Positions 40,301-48,761 of a stretch of DNA of 64,000 bases are shown here, piece after piece. The notes beneath the pieces were generated by a model. It did no database searches. It was given only the letters and a program-made list of their open reading frames with translations, and was not told the origin of the DNA. This DNA comes from a virus (Duplodnaviria; Caudoviricetes): positions 96,001 to 160,000 of IMG/VR virus record IMGVR_UViG_3300028048_001497, one strand, 5' to 3'. The position numbers were made by a program, and so were the translations under genes. Numbering within the stretch: the stretch's first letter is position 1; each line of letters opens with the position of its first letter.

Positions 40301-40362
40301 CGATTGAAATGTTCAAATTTGTATCTGGTGTAAAAACAATAATTAGAACAGAAAGTGTGTGA
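37342..40362 (+). CDS. Baseplate wedge (gpI/gp7-like) protein with N-terminal degenerate GH-A glycoside hydrolase domain
   Basis: C-terminal half YLSTAHGD...FGALIGV...EEQYR...KPAHT. N-terminal half VKYWQIMTTPE...DPTMHIGGPG...YIDFFAF. Confidence 0.65.
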   Translation: MKTGIRFTCLKNGDNLLGQNWEYKNKTGVDAVKEKLNTLFYLTDDLSVDYIIDTLQLGKGSANDLYLPNTGINGDLWSITERMEQYEKLSSQYNKQLVIELEFPTYVTEYNYQQYAQYAVDVIHKFSFVKYWQIMTTPEEIDKATNAYKCPPGVYVQLIKYIYEIVHTNDPTMHIGGPGCFSAVVDYINSAYKNADKQVFHTGWLAEATGELYGTNPAYDNTEKAGFLPYIDFFAFQGDMSTGKFTYENFYFDVQKLKTGLVAQANRSGITFDVPFVSTKQGHMADDKSKQDLELQAYRDLKEYMIDFVSDVVPFKAQLIDEYFDEKDKNTQKNVYGILYYYVNNAYKPAYQQFQFILNKLKDYHTILKDEIMIKAKRPYDDLEGDVQSVMFLNDNKDKVLTVIYPTVERNVNIGNTTFSTVTLTPALNRTVYLPNGNSVSLVNPTDVNFKNYDFIVVEENIVVSTINKEELQANVELKLKFYNTYIKRLLKMVPDDYNKEVYDTNFYNLLRAVGIEFGDMRYEMKILQDNYYLSTAHGDAIYNNFGALIGVRWKKKWSEEQYRTAVSGIIDALLHGSNKPSIQKAIKAYTGYDVKIYELFEDYDHYGIPKEENWDNQYRFTVEVQKDIDDDLDVSDAYDDVKEVLDLTKPAHTLPIIMIVLVGKEDYRDWYKQKYGIDFSQSDKFNSELMKFNESNRFGWKSLGYDWVLEHDSSNFKKVNGVFPIAPRYTMYDRYKLDYTQWYKQKYKKPVDILDAELISWYQDKYDRKTLDTMKSLIELEFSEAKFGIKPTATEWILKTNGGFLYDDKGHIIGSEYRKTMSHRYGFKFALKDDMWLLYEYFGKEKYKEVKETQLFAELTIHLKEKYAKPIEQYNAHLESSYQELKFGLVPNYNKTAMTYQKNPRNRLNRLVDHSRYAVKNRLYDGDISESLTFNENVKNPSSNLIITNSKKFKEKINKPTDSFFTVNQEHTYSENKFKSPTESATIEMFKFVSGVKTIIRTESV

Positions 40363-40369
40363 TTATAGA

Positions 40370-41029
40370 ATGTACATTTTATTTGACATGGGTCAAGATT
40401 ATGCCAGTTCGTATTCTTCGGAAATAAAACCATTTACAACAGGAATTAAAATAGATGATATATCAGGTTTAACAAAAGAAATTGAGAAAACAAAATATAT
40501 TAATAAAACAAAAAACGGAAAACAATTATATGTTGATAAATTTGGTATGCCAACAACGGATAGTAGAGACGCAGAACCAATGCAAGAAAAAGTTGTTGCG
40601 AAGGAAACAATAGATTTTGCACATTATCCGAACGAATTTAATAAAATAGATGTAATGAAATATAAACAAAAATTCTTGATGGAAGAAAATAAAGCAGATA
40701 AAGTTTTGATGTATGAATTTGATATTTACAAATTTATTGATAAAGAAAAATCAGAAAACATACAACTTCTTCAAGACGATGTGGAATTATTTCAAAAAGG
40801 TTTTTTAAAAACAAATCCAATTTCTGTAGATGGATATAAAACATTTTCTATATTAGTCGATTCAGAAGATAAAGTAGAAAGTTATTATTCTTATGACGGA
40901 GAAAATTATGTAAAAGCGAAGAAATCAAATCCTATTGTGGATAATGTGAAAGAAATCTATATTGGATTTAAAAATAAATTAGAAAGTGACAATATGGTAT
41001 ATGGCTACCAAATTTTATTGAAGTGTTAA
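40370..41029 (+). CDS. Hypothetical protein in tail module
   Basis: ORF in operon. Start 40370 preferred over 40355. Confidence 0.7.
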   Translation: MYILFDMGQDYASSYSSEIKPFTTGIKIDDISGLTKEIEKTKYINKTKNGKQLYVDKFGMPTTDSRDAEPMQEKVVAKETIDFAHYPNEFNKIDVMKYKQKFLMEENKADKVLMYEFDIYKFIDKEKSENIQLLQDDVELFQKGFLKTNPISVDGYKTFSILVDSEDKVESYYSYDGENYVKAKKSNPIVDNVKEIYIGFKNKLESDNMVYGYQILLKC

Positions 41030-41096
41030 GCTATATTCCGTATAGTTTAAGTTATTATTTATTTAGAGAAATAAAACGAAAGGAATTGGTAGTTGT

Positions 41097-43085
41097 ATGG
41101 CAAACGGTCCTTTAGCAGATTATAATCCAACATTTGCGCAACCAATAAAAGGTTCATATCAAGATGATACACATTTTGTTGCATTAAATGTTGGAACAGA
41201 TGCGTATGTTACAGAACGCGAAGTAAATGAACTACAATGGATTCAAACAGAAAAAACTGCCGAGGCATTAAGACAAATTGCTTATAGTGGCGTACTTACA
41301 ATAGATGATGAAAGTAATTTAAAGAAATGTTTTAAAATTGTTAATAATGATAAAAATCATTTAAATGGATTTGAATTACCTCCATTTGATACCATTTGTA
41401 ATGGTTATTTAACACATCACGAATATTATGACGGAACAGGTAAAAAGAATATTCCTATTCGTTTACCTAATCCACCAATTACAGGATTTAGACACGATTT
41501 TGTTTATATTGAATTTTGGTTCGCAGAATTAAAAGAAAATGATAAAGTACCTAAATTTGGATATAACATGAATAATCCAATGAAGTACAATATTATTGAT
41601 GAACGTATTCAAGATGAAACGTCTCGCCGTATTCAGTTACAATGGACAATTTCACACTATGAAGATTACGATGATTTGTGCGATAAAGGATTTATTAAAC
41701 CAAATGGTCAACCAAATGAGAAAATTCATCCATTAGCACAGACAGGTTATTTAGATATGACATCTTATTATAAACCTGTTGATTATGACCCATATTTATA
41801 TCGTGCGGGTAATGGATTATCTGCAAATCAGAAAATCCATACAGTAGATGGATATATTTACGCCATTCCATTGTTTAATATTTTTAGACGTAATAATGAT
41901 ACATATTCTGCTGCGGTAAATCCTTATGGTGGCCCAGATTATGTAGCAGGTAAAACAATAGCAAATAATCGTCCTGATAAAAAATATTCTAATATTATTT
42001 ATACAGATGATATAAAAGATTTACGTCATTTATCTCCAATGAGTGAAAAACAATATAATAAGATTTATATTACACTTACAGAGCATTACAATAATATGAC
42101 AATTTTACGTAACAAACTCTTGAATATGACAGAACAGTATGTCAATGAAAGAGATATGTTACGTAATTATGACATTGATTTACCTTCTATTCATGATAAA
42201 GAAATTTATGGATTAGAAATGTATCATCAATGGGGATTAACAAATGGTGCAGGATTTGACCCATTAGACCAAGATAGAAAAATTGTTTATAAAAAGCACG
42301 TTAAATATTATGTAGGTCAAAGATTGAAAGGCAAGAATTATTGTGTTCTTCCTACATTGATTGATTATGATGCCGAAGATGCAGGTTCATTAGGTGATTA
42401 TTATATTCAAAAAACATCTAATAAATTTAGATTTTATAATACAGGTGCTAAAAACTTGCGCATGAATTTTGAAGCCCTTTTTGTTGATAATGATATGGTT
42501 AGAAGTGGCGTGGCAGAATTTAGCGGTATGGATGGCACTCCTATTAATATGCCATTTAAATTAGACCCTGATAGATATTTTGTGCAGATTACACCAATAG
42601 ATAATACTAATGGTAGAAATGGTGAAATTTTTGTTAAATTTGTTGAAAAGCAGATTTATGTATATAATACAGGGTTGACCACTAGCACAATAACAGGTTC
42701 AGTTACTTTTACAACAGGAAATAAATTCCAATGGGTAGTAATTGATATGCAACATAAAGGTTGGAAGAACATAGATAGAGTTTTGATTAACCTAAATGGA
42801 CATGATGGTGTTCAGGTCGCTTCTAATGAATATGGAGAAAAATATCGCTTAACATTAGGCACTCCAATTATTGATTCATCTATGTCAATTGAACAAGGTT
42901 CTATTGGTGAAACATTTGCAGATGTAGATGAAGATAATTTGTTTACTGTATATAATACAGGTACAACAGGCGCGCAAGTACAATGTTTAATCTTTGATGA
43001 TGTAGAATATGTTGACTTTTATGATACAATAAAAGTAACACAAGTTGTTGATGCAGACGATATTAGAAACATTGTTACAAAATAA
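41097..43085 (+). CDS. Baseplate/tail fibre-associated protein
   Basis: N-terminal domain paralogous to 43886..47521. Confidence 0.6.
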   Translation: MANGPLADYNPTFAQPIKGSYQDDTHFVALNVGTDAYVTEREVNELQWIQTEKTAEALRQIAYSGVLTIDDESNLKKCFKIVNNDKNHLNGFELPPFDTICNGYLTHHEYYDGTGKKNIPIRLPNPPITGFRHDFVYIEFWFAELKENDKVPKFGYNMNNPMKYNIIDERIQDETSRRIQLQWTISHYEDYDDLCDKGFIKPNGQPNEKIHPLAQTGYLDMTSYYKPVDYDPYLYRAGNGLSANQKIHTVDGYIYAIPLFNIFRRNNDTYSAAVNPYGGPDYVAGKTIANNRPDKKYSNIIYTDDIKDLRHLSPMSEKQYNKIYITLTEHYNNMTILRNKLLNMTEQYVNERDMLRNYDIDLPSIHDKEIYGLEMYHQWGLTNGAGFDPLDQDRKIVYKKHVKYYVGQRLKGKNYCVLPTLIDYDAEDAGSLGDYYIQKTSNKFRFYNTGAKNLRMNFEALFVDNDMVRSGVAEFSGMDGTPINMPFKLDPDRYFVQITPIDNTNGRNGEIFVKFVEKQIYVYNTGLTTSTITGSVTFTTGNKFQWVVIDMQHKGWKNIDRVLINLNGHDGVQVASNEYGEKYRLTLGTPIIDSSMSIEQGSIGETFADVDEDNLFTVYNTGTTGAQVQCLIFDDVEYVDFYDTIKVTQVVDADDIRNIVTK

Positions 43086-43100
43086 AAGGAGAATATAATA

Positions 43101-43751
43101 ATGAATCTTAATGAATTATATAGAAAGCCAATTAAAGGACAAATCAAGATGATTGCTCATAAGGGTGGTCATTTTGAACACGGTAAATTAGTTGGTGGAG
43201 AAATTGTTGATACAGAAACAATTCAGAATTTAATTGTTAATAGTGCTTCTGTTTTGATGGCAGAAAGAATGGCTCCAGGTGCTATTACAGGCAGTAACAA
43301 TCCTGCTTTCCAAGGTAACTTTGCTACAAAAGGTTTGCAGTATCTTGCTCTAGGCGTTGGTATTCTTAAAGATAGAACTAAACCTTATGATGAAAAGACA
43401 AACAATGTAGATAGAAATCAATGGGATTTACAAGACCCGCCAACAGAAACATTAACAGAAACTAAACTTGTTGGTGAATTTTATCGTAAGCGTTTTACAA
43501 ACTGGTGTTTTGTTGATTTAGCAGGAAATGAAACAAATAAAGCTACAAATATTCTTAAATTGACAACTACATTCTTAGAGAATGAAGCAAATGGTCCTAT
43601 CACAGAAATGGGTATTTATGGTGGAGACGCGCAAGAATGGAACGCTGGTAAAGGAAAAGATACAGGTATTCTTTTCAATCTAAAGAGACTGAAAGTATGG
43701 AATAAAACTAGTGAAAGTCGGCTCACAATAGTATGGACTATAACGTTCTAA
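43101..43751 (+). CDS. Baseplate/tail-collar fibre-like structural protein
   Basis: NLIVN...YLALGVG...LVGEFYRK...EANGPITEMGIYGG pattern. Confidence 0.6.
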   Translation: MNLNELYRKPIKGQIKMIAHKGGHFEHGKLVGGEIVDTETIQNLIVNSASVLMAERMAPGAITGSNNPAFQGNFATKGLQYLALGVGILKDRTKPYDEKTNNVDRNQWDLQDPPTETLTETKLVGEFYRKRFTNWCFVDLAGNETNKATNILKLTTTFLENEANGPITEMGIYGGDAQEWNAGKGKDTGILFNLKRLKVWNKTSESRLTIVWTITF

Positions 43752-43768
43752 TACAAAACAATATACAA

Positions 43769-43800
43769 AAAAGAGAGAATAACAAATTCTCTCTTTTTTT
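43769..43800 (+). terminator. Intrinsic terminator
   Basis: AAGAGAGAAT...ATTCTCTCTT followed by a T-tract. Confidence 0.75.
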
Positions 43801-43885
43801 AATTTTTTTGTTTTGCGATAAAAGAATTGTATATATCTATTTAAATATTAGATGATAAAATTTTTCTAAAAGGAGAGGAAATACT

Positions 43886-46800
43886 TTGGAAAATTTCGAG
43901 AAGTTCTCCAATTACGATAAACGTTCAAGTTATCAACAAGTTCGTTTTGGACATGATAAACCAATTCTTGAAACAGAACTCAATGAAATGCAACAAATCC
44001 AAGATAATATGCGTACAGAAGTCGTTCGTAGACATATTTTTAGTGGATTTACAGAATTGGTAAAAAAAGAATTTACAGGCGAACCGATTATATATAATCC
44101 AACAGAAAATGGTTTAACATTAGAGAATAAAATAGCTATTGCTCCATTTAAAGCCAATATACTAGGATATACTTTAAATGGTGAAGGTAATTTTACTTAT
44201 GATAAGCATGACAATTATATTCTAGTGGATTTAGGTGAATCAGCTAAAGATAGTGAAAAGGATTCATTAGTATATCTTGAAGTATGGTTTGAAGTCGTAA
44301 AAGGAACAGACTCTGCATTAAAATACGGTTATATTAACGGAGATACAATTGGAACTCCCGCAAAAGATAGTCGTGTTGGTGATGAAACTACACGCAGACT
44401 TTCTATGCTTTGGACGGTACGTGTAGCGAATGAAGTAGATTTTGATAAATATCCAGAAGGTTTAGGATATACAGATATATTTAATTTTTCTCACGTATTT
44501 GCAAAAGCGAATGGACAATTAAGCAAATTAGAAAATGTCAATATATCTTTCTGCGAAGCAACAAATGATATTTTTAGAAATGAAGATTTTCATAATGATA
44601 AAAATTTGTATGTAGCAGGTAGACCAACATATGAAATAAATTCTTCTACACTATATGGTAAATATATTTATGCGTTACCAATGTTCCGTATTAGAAGAAG
44701 AAATACAACATCATATTCTTTACGTAATTTTAATGGTTCTGTTTCTTATAATCAAATGGTAGTTAATAATAATAGTGCAGTAACAGGCGATTTGTTAGCA
44801 GGATATAGACCTGATAGACTAGCTTATGATGTTATTGATACATCAGATATTGTTGATATAAGAAAATCTGTTAGCTATTCAGATTATAATGAGAATAGTA
44901 TGGCAGATAATACAATTAAACAATTGTTTGATAGCACTTTACAAACAAAAGAACCAAAGAAAATGCGCCGTGTACAAATTGGTAATAAAACATTACCATA
45001 TAATGATGTAGAAAATGTAAGTTTCGTTGTTTTATTTGATAAAACATTAAAAGATATAAAACCGCAAAACTCTTTAGCTACGGATAATACTTCTATTCGT
45101 TATGAAGATTCTGTTTGCAATATGGGTGCAGTTATAGATGGTTCTAATTATGTGCTATATGATATACAAAATTCGTTGAATCAGAAAAACGGGACATTAG
45201 ATTTTTATTTTAAACCAAATTGGAACGGTTGTGACGAAGAAGTATATAATCAGATTGTTTGTATAAAAAATTCTAGCCAACAACCAATTATGCTATTAGA
45301 GAAAAAAGGCTTACAATTACTTTTAACAAAGGTATATGATTATGATGCAACGAAAAAAGTGGTAAAAGATGGTGCTACGGCAATCGTTGATTTGTCTAAT
45401 ACTTTGTTAAAGCAAAACCAAAATTATCATTTCCGTATTTCATGGACAGATAAAGCCATGCCTATTAATGGTATGATGTATTTGTATATCAATGGTAGAT
45501 TGGTAGCGAAAGTAGAAACATACAAGACAAAAGATGTAGCGAAATGGTTAATCATTGGTGGAGAAAAAAATTCTGCTAGAGGATTTGTTATAAGTGATTT
45601 GATTGGCTATAAAAAGAATTTTGAAATATTAGTTATGCAAGGTTCTTCTTATGGATATGCTAAAAACAATTTCTGGCCTATGTTACCAAAAGATTTTGTT
45701 TATGGCGATACCTTGTTATTACCTGGTTTTAATGGTTTAACAACAAATTTTGGTGATAATGCTTATACACAGAGACAAGTAACAATGGAATTATCTCCTA
45801 GTGCTAATTTAACCAATGGTAAGCATTTTAAATTCCATGTATCTTCTGATAAACGTATTCTTAGCATAGATAAAGTTTACAATTATGAAAATGAAAAACT
45901 TTATACTTATCAAACGAATTATACTGTATTTATTAATGGTATTGCTACAAATAATCAAGCGGGGCAAACAATTTATTATGGAAATGATGTAGATATAGTA
46001 TTCCAAACGGCTTATGCGTCTGTAAACAAAATTGTTGTTGAAGCTACAATACAGTTAAACACAGGTTGTGGCGGTCAAGATTGCCCGACAGAAATTTTAA
46101 GCGCAGGATTTATGGCTTATGATGATGAAGCAGACAATTTTGATTATAAATTAAATTGTATTAATGAAGTATCATTTAATGCAGAAGGAGCTATGCCTAG
46201 ACAAGTTCCGTGGTTGAAGCCTAGAAAAGTTAATGGTGAAGAAGATAAAGCGTATGATATTTCTAATAAAGTTAGAACGGAAAATCAATGCTATGCTAGA
46301 TTGATATATTATAATATGTCAGGTAATGGTACAACTGAATATCAGATTCCAATGTCTGTTTATGGATATGATGTAATTGGCGTTATCGGTTGTAGTTCTA
46401 TTGGTTCAATAGATTATGTATACAGAACGCCGTCTAGTATTCCTGATGAACCGGAAAAATATATTACAGTTGTTCTGAAAAAAGCATTGTTGGTTGGTGA
46501 AACAATTACATTTACCTTGGCTATGGCAGGATATTCCTTTGATTATGATTTAAATTCAAAAACTATTTGTACGAATATGTATCAATGCAAGAATTTGGTA
46601 TTCTTTGCAGATGGTAAAAAGTCTGTATTTACGAAACCATGTATGTCAAACACGAATGAAGTTATGCACGGTGGAATTTTGAAATCTGTATTTTCTGTAT
46701 TGGAATTAAAATCAGATGGAACAACAAAAAATGTATATCAATGTTATGAAGATAGTCAAGTGTTCTATGATGAAGATGGTGAACCAACAGACAAAAAGCG

Positions 46801-47521
46801 TTTGAATACACACACTATTTCTGTTTCAGGTTTCAATACACCATTTATTACAGTTAATACAGGAAATATATTACCAAAAGGAACCAGAATTGAAGTGCCG
46901 ATTATGACAACATATCAGCCATTACAGAGTGAAATTCTTTCTATTTGGTATAATTATATTCCATATCAAGGAACAATGGATAAAGGTATTCAGACAGTTA
47001 AACGTATTACTGATTGGCAATATTTTATTACAACATTAGGTACAGGTAAAAATAATACAGAAGAAATTAAAAAGAATATTATTAATAATCTTCCTGGTGG
47101 TTTAGTAAGAGGATATGAGATAGACAATAAAGATATTGTGTTGTCTAGCATTAATGCTCATATGAAAAATTCTTTATCTAATATTAATAAAAAAATGGTA
47201 TTTGTAAATCATGCTATGATAGATAAAAATAAAGAATTTTGTAATTTGGCAACAGAATATAAATTACATAAGAATTGTTCCAATTATCAAGATGGTAAAT
47301 TAGTATTTAAAAACGTTGATTTTAGTTTGTATTTTGATGAATGTGCAACGCCTATTTCTAAATATGTTGGTGCTTATTGTGTTGTTGTTACAAATACAGG
47401 CGAAATCATGGTATTGGTAATTGGTAATTTTGATGAAGCATCTACTGTTATTAATCATTTAACAAGTGTATATGGTGATTTGTATCGCATTGAAGGTAGA
47501 CCAACAACAGTTAGAAATTAA
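43886..47521 (+). CDS. Tail fibre/receptor-binding-like protein with LamG/ConA-like domain
   Basis: QVRFGHDKPILETELNEMQQI N-terminus; GTLDFYFKPNW...YHFRISW...YLYINGRLV. Confidence 0.65.
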   Translation: MENFEKFSNYDKRSSYQQVRFGHDKPILETELNEMQQIQDNMRTEVVRRHIFSGFTELVKKEFTGEPIIYNPTENGLTLENKIAIAPFKANILGYTLNGEGNFTYDKHDNYILVDLGESAKDSEKDSLVYLEVWFEVVKGTDSALKYGYINGDTIGTPAKDSRVGDETTRRLSMLWTVRVANEVDFDKYPEGLGYTDIFNFSHVFAKANGQLSKLENVNISFCEATNDIFRNEDFHNDKNLYVAGRPTYEINSSTLYGKYIYALPMFRIRRRNTTSYSLRNFNGSVSYNQMVVNNNSAVTGDLLAGYRPDRLAYDVIDTSDIVDIRKSVSYSDYNENSMADNTIKQLFDSTLQTKEPKKMRRVQIGNKTLPYNDVENVSFVVLFDKTLKDIKPQNSLATDNTSIRYEDSVCNMGAVIDGSNYVLYDIQNSLNQKNGTLDFYFKPNWNGCDEEVYNQIVCIKNSSQQPIMLLEKKGLQLLLTKVYDYDATKKVVKDGATAIVDLSNTLLKQNQNYHFRISWTDKAMPINGMMYLYINGRLVAKVETYKTKDVAKWLIIGGEKNSARGFVISDLIGYKKNFEILVMQGSSYGYAKNNFWPMLPKDFVYGDTLLLPGFNGLTTNFGDNAYTQRQVTMELSPSANLTNGKHFKFHVSSDKRILSIDKVYNYENEKLYTYQTNYTVFINGIATNNQAGQTIYYGNDVDIVFQTAYASVNKIVVEATIQLNTGCGGQDCPTEILSAGFMAYDDEADNFDYKLNCINEVSFNAEGAMPRQVPWLKPRKVNGEEDKAYDISNKVRTENQCYARLIYYNMSGNGTTEYQIPMSVYGYDVIGVIGCSSIGSIDYVYRTPSSIPDEPEKYITVVLKKALLVGETITFTLAMAGYSFDYDLNSKTICTNMYQCKNLVFFADGKKSVFTKPCMSNTNEVMHGGILKSVFSVLELKSDGTTKNVYQCYEDSQVFYDEDGEPTDKKRLNTHTISVSGFNTPFITVNTGNILPKGTRIEVPIMTTYQPLQSEILSIWYNYIPYQGTMDKGIQTVKRITDWQYFITTLGTGKNNTEEIKKNIINNLPGGLVRGYEIDNKDIVLSSINAHMKNSLSNINKKMVFVNHAMIDKNKEFCNLATEYKLHKNCSNYQDGKLVFKNVDFSLYFDECATPISKYVGAYCVVVTNTGEIMVLVIGNFDEASTVINHLTSVYGDLYRIEGRPTTVRN

Positions 47522-47543
47522 TTGTTGACAAAACAGTTTTTAT

Positions 47544-47918
47544 CGTAAGAGAATACCCCCCCACTTCTAAGCTACGAGGTAGCCGTTAGGCTACCGAGTA
47601 ACGAAAGTGGGGGATGACTAATACTAACTCTTGACTATTTTCGCAAATAGTGATACAATTAAATCAAAGGAGGTAAAACAAAATGCTAAAAGCATACAAA
47701 TTCAAATATCTTGAAAGAGGGTAAAAGGCTACTTTTGGTAGCCTAAACCATAAAAAACTGTACCGTAGGGCTTACGGAATCAGTATAAAACTAAGCCTAT
47801 GGAGATTGTGTAAGACGTAAAAAGGTATGGCTACGCCATACCTCATGCGGTTTCACCGCATACGCTACGGTCTGAGAAGTAGGAATCCCCCACCTCTTTA
47901 GGTGGGGGAGGATGTCAA
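47544..47918 (+). mobile_element. Non-autonomous IS200/IS605 mini-element copy B
   Basis: 375 bp, preceded by TTTAT, ends GTCAA, same tnpB deletion junction as copy A. Confidence 0.9.
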
Positions 47919-48059
47919 CCTATATAATAAAGATACTATAAAATGTATTATTCAGGACTAATCGTTAAACATCCAAAAACATACGCAAGTATGTTTAAAT
48001 GTGAATAAAATACACTTTTGTACACATTTGTATATGTTTTTAGAAGGAGGATAAGAATT

Positions 48060-48317
48060 ATGGCTTTTGCAGATAATAACAATTCACTCTATGAAAATTC
48101 AATGAAGCAGTCAGATGTCAAGGAAACAAAGTTTTCTCTCCTAGAAAACAAGAAAAGTGGTAAGCTAACTGCAAGTATTCGTGACTTCAAACATACAGAA
48201 GGGTATGATGGTCCTACTCGTAATGGTATGATGCTACAGATGAATACAGTAGAAGATGTAGAGAAATATCAGAAAGCATTTAATGACTTCTTTGAAAAAG
48301 TTAAAGAGTTTTTCTGA
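48060..48317 (+). CDS. PC4-like single-stranded DNA-binding protein
   Basis: SIRDF...GPTRNGMML resembles the PC4 DIREY...PTKKGISL motif. SD AGGAGG before ATG 48060. Confidence 0.6.
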   Translation: MAFADNNNSLYENSMKQSDVKETKFSLLENKKSGKLTASIRDFKHTEGYDGPTRNGMMLQMNTVEDVEKYQKAFNDFFEKVKEFF

Positions 48318-48373
48318 AATATTGAGGTCAAAGGCAATTTGCTTTTGACCTTTTCTATTTAAGGGGTTCTAAT

Positions 48374-48751
48374 ATGCCTAGACGTAAATTAACAGAAGAA
48401 GAAAAAAGACAAAAATGGAAAAAACAAATGTGTGAAAAAATCCTTAATAATGAAGAATTAACGATTACACAAGTTGCTAAATTAGTTCAAAAGAAATCTG
48501 TTACTATTCGCAAGTGGGAACAGTTAGGAATTGTGCATAAGCCTAGGATTGTAAATAAAGTCCGTAGATATAATGTAAAAGAATTATGCACTTTTATGCA
48601 TGATTTGTTGCAGTATAATTGGACATATAAAACAATAGATATGGAAATGATACAACAGATAGCGGATTATTTGGATTCCATTATTGCATTACAACCAAAG
48701 AAACGTATTATTAAAAAAGACCCATATTCTTTCGATGGGGATTTGTATTGA
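48374..48751 (+). CDS. MerR/excisionase-type HTH DNA-binding protein
   Basis: LTITQVAKLVQKKSVTIRKWEQLG...VRRY. Confidence 0.75.
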   Translation: MPRRKLTEEEKRQKWKKQMCEKILNNEELTITQVAKLVQKKSVTIRKWEQLGIVHKPRIVNKVRRYNVKELCTFMHDLLQYNWTYKTIDMEMIQQIADYLDSIIALQPKKRIIKKDPYSFDGDLY

Positions 48752-48761
48752 GGTGAATAAG

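Noticed and set aside
11611-45045. In-window targets for mini-element guide A (TTTAT+TTGAT at ~11613, 12306, 14841, 45031)
   Set aside because: Only 5-8 nt match in AT-rich DNA, as expected by chance. The search was by eye and not exhaustive.
4155-47521. Tail cluster as a bacterial eCIS, tailocin or T6SS locus
   Set aside because: It is contiguous with phage-type replication genes, homing endonucleases, inteins and an intron, and no typical bacterial housekeeping context is present.
16945-47918. Mini-elements as CRISPR repeats, tRNAs or IStrons
   Set aside because: There is no repeat-spacer periodicity, cloverleaf or group I core. IS605 ends and tnpB remnants explain them.
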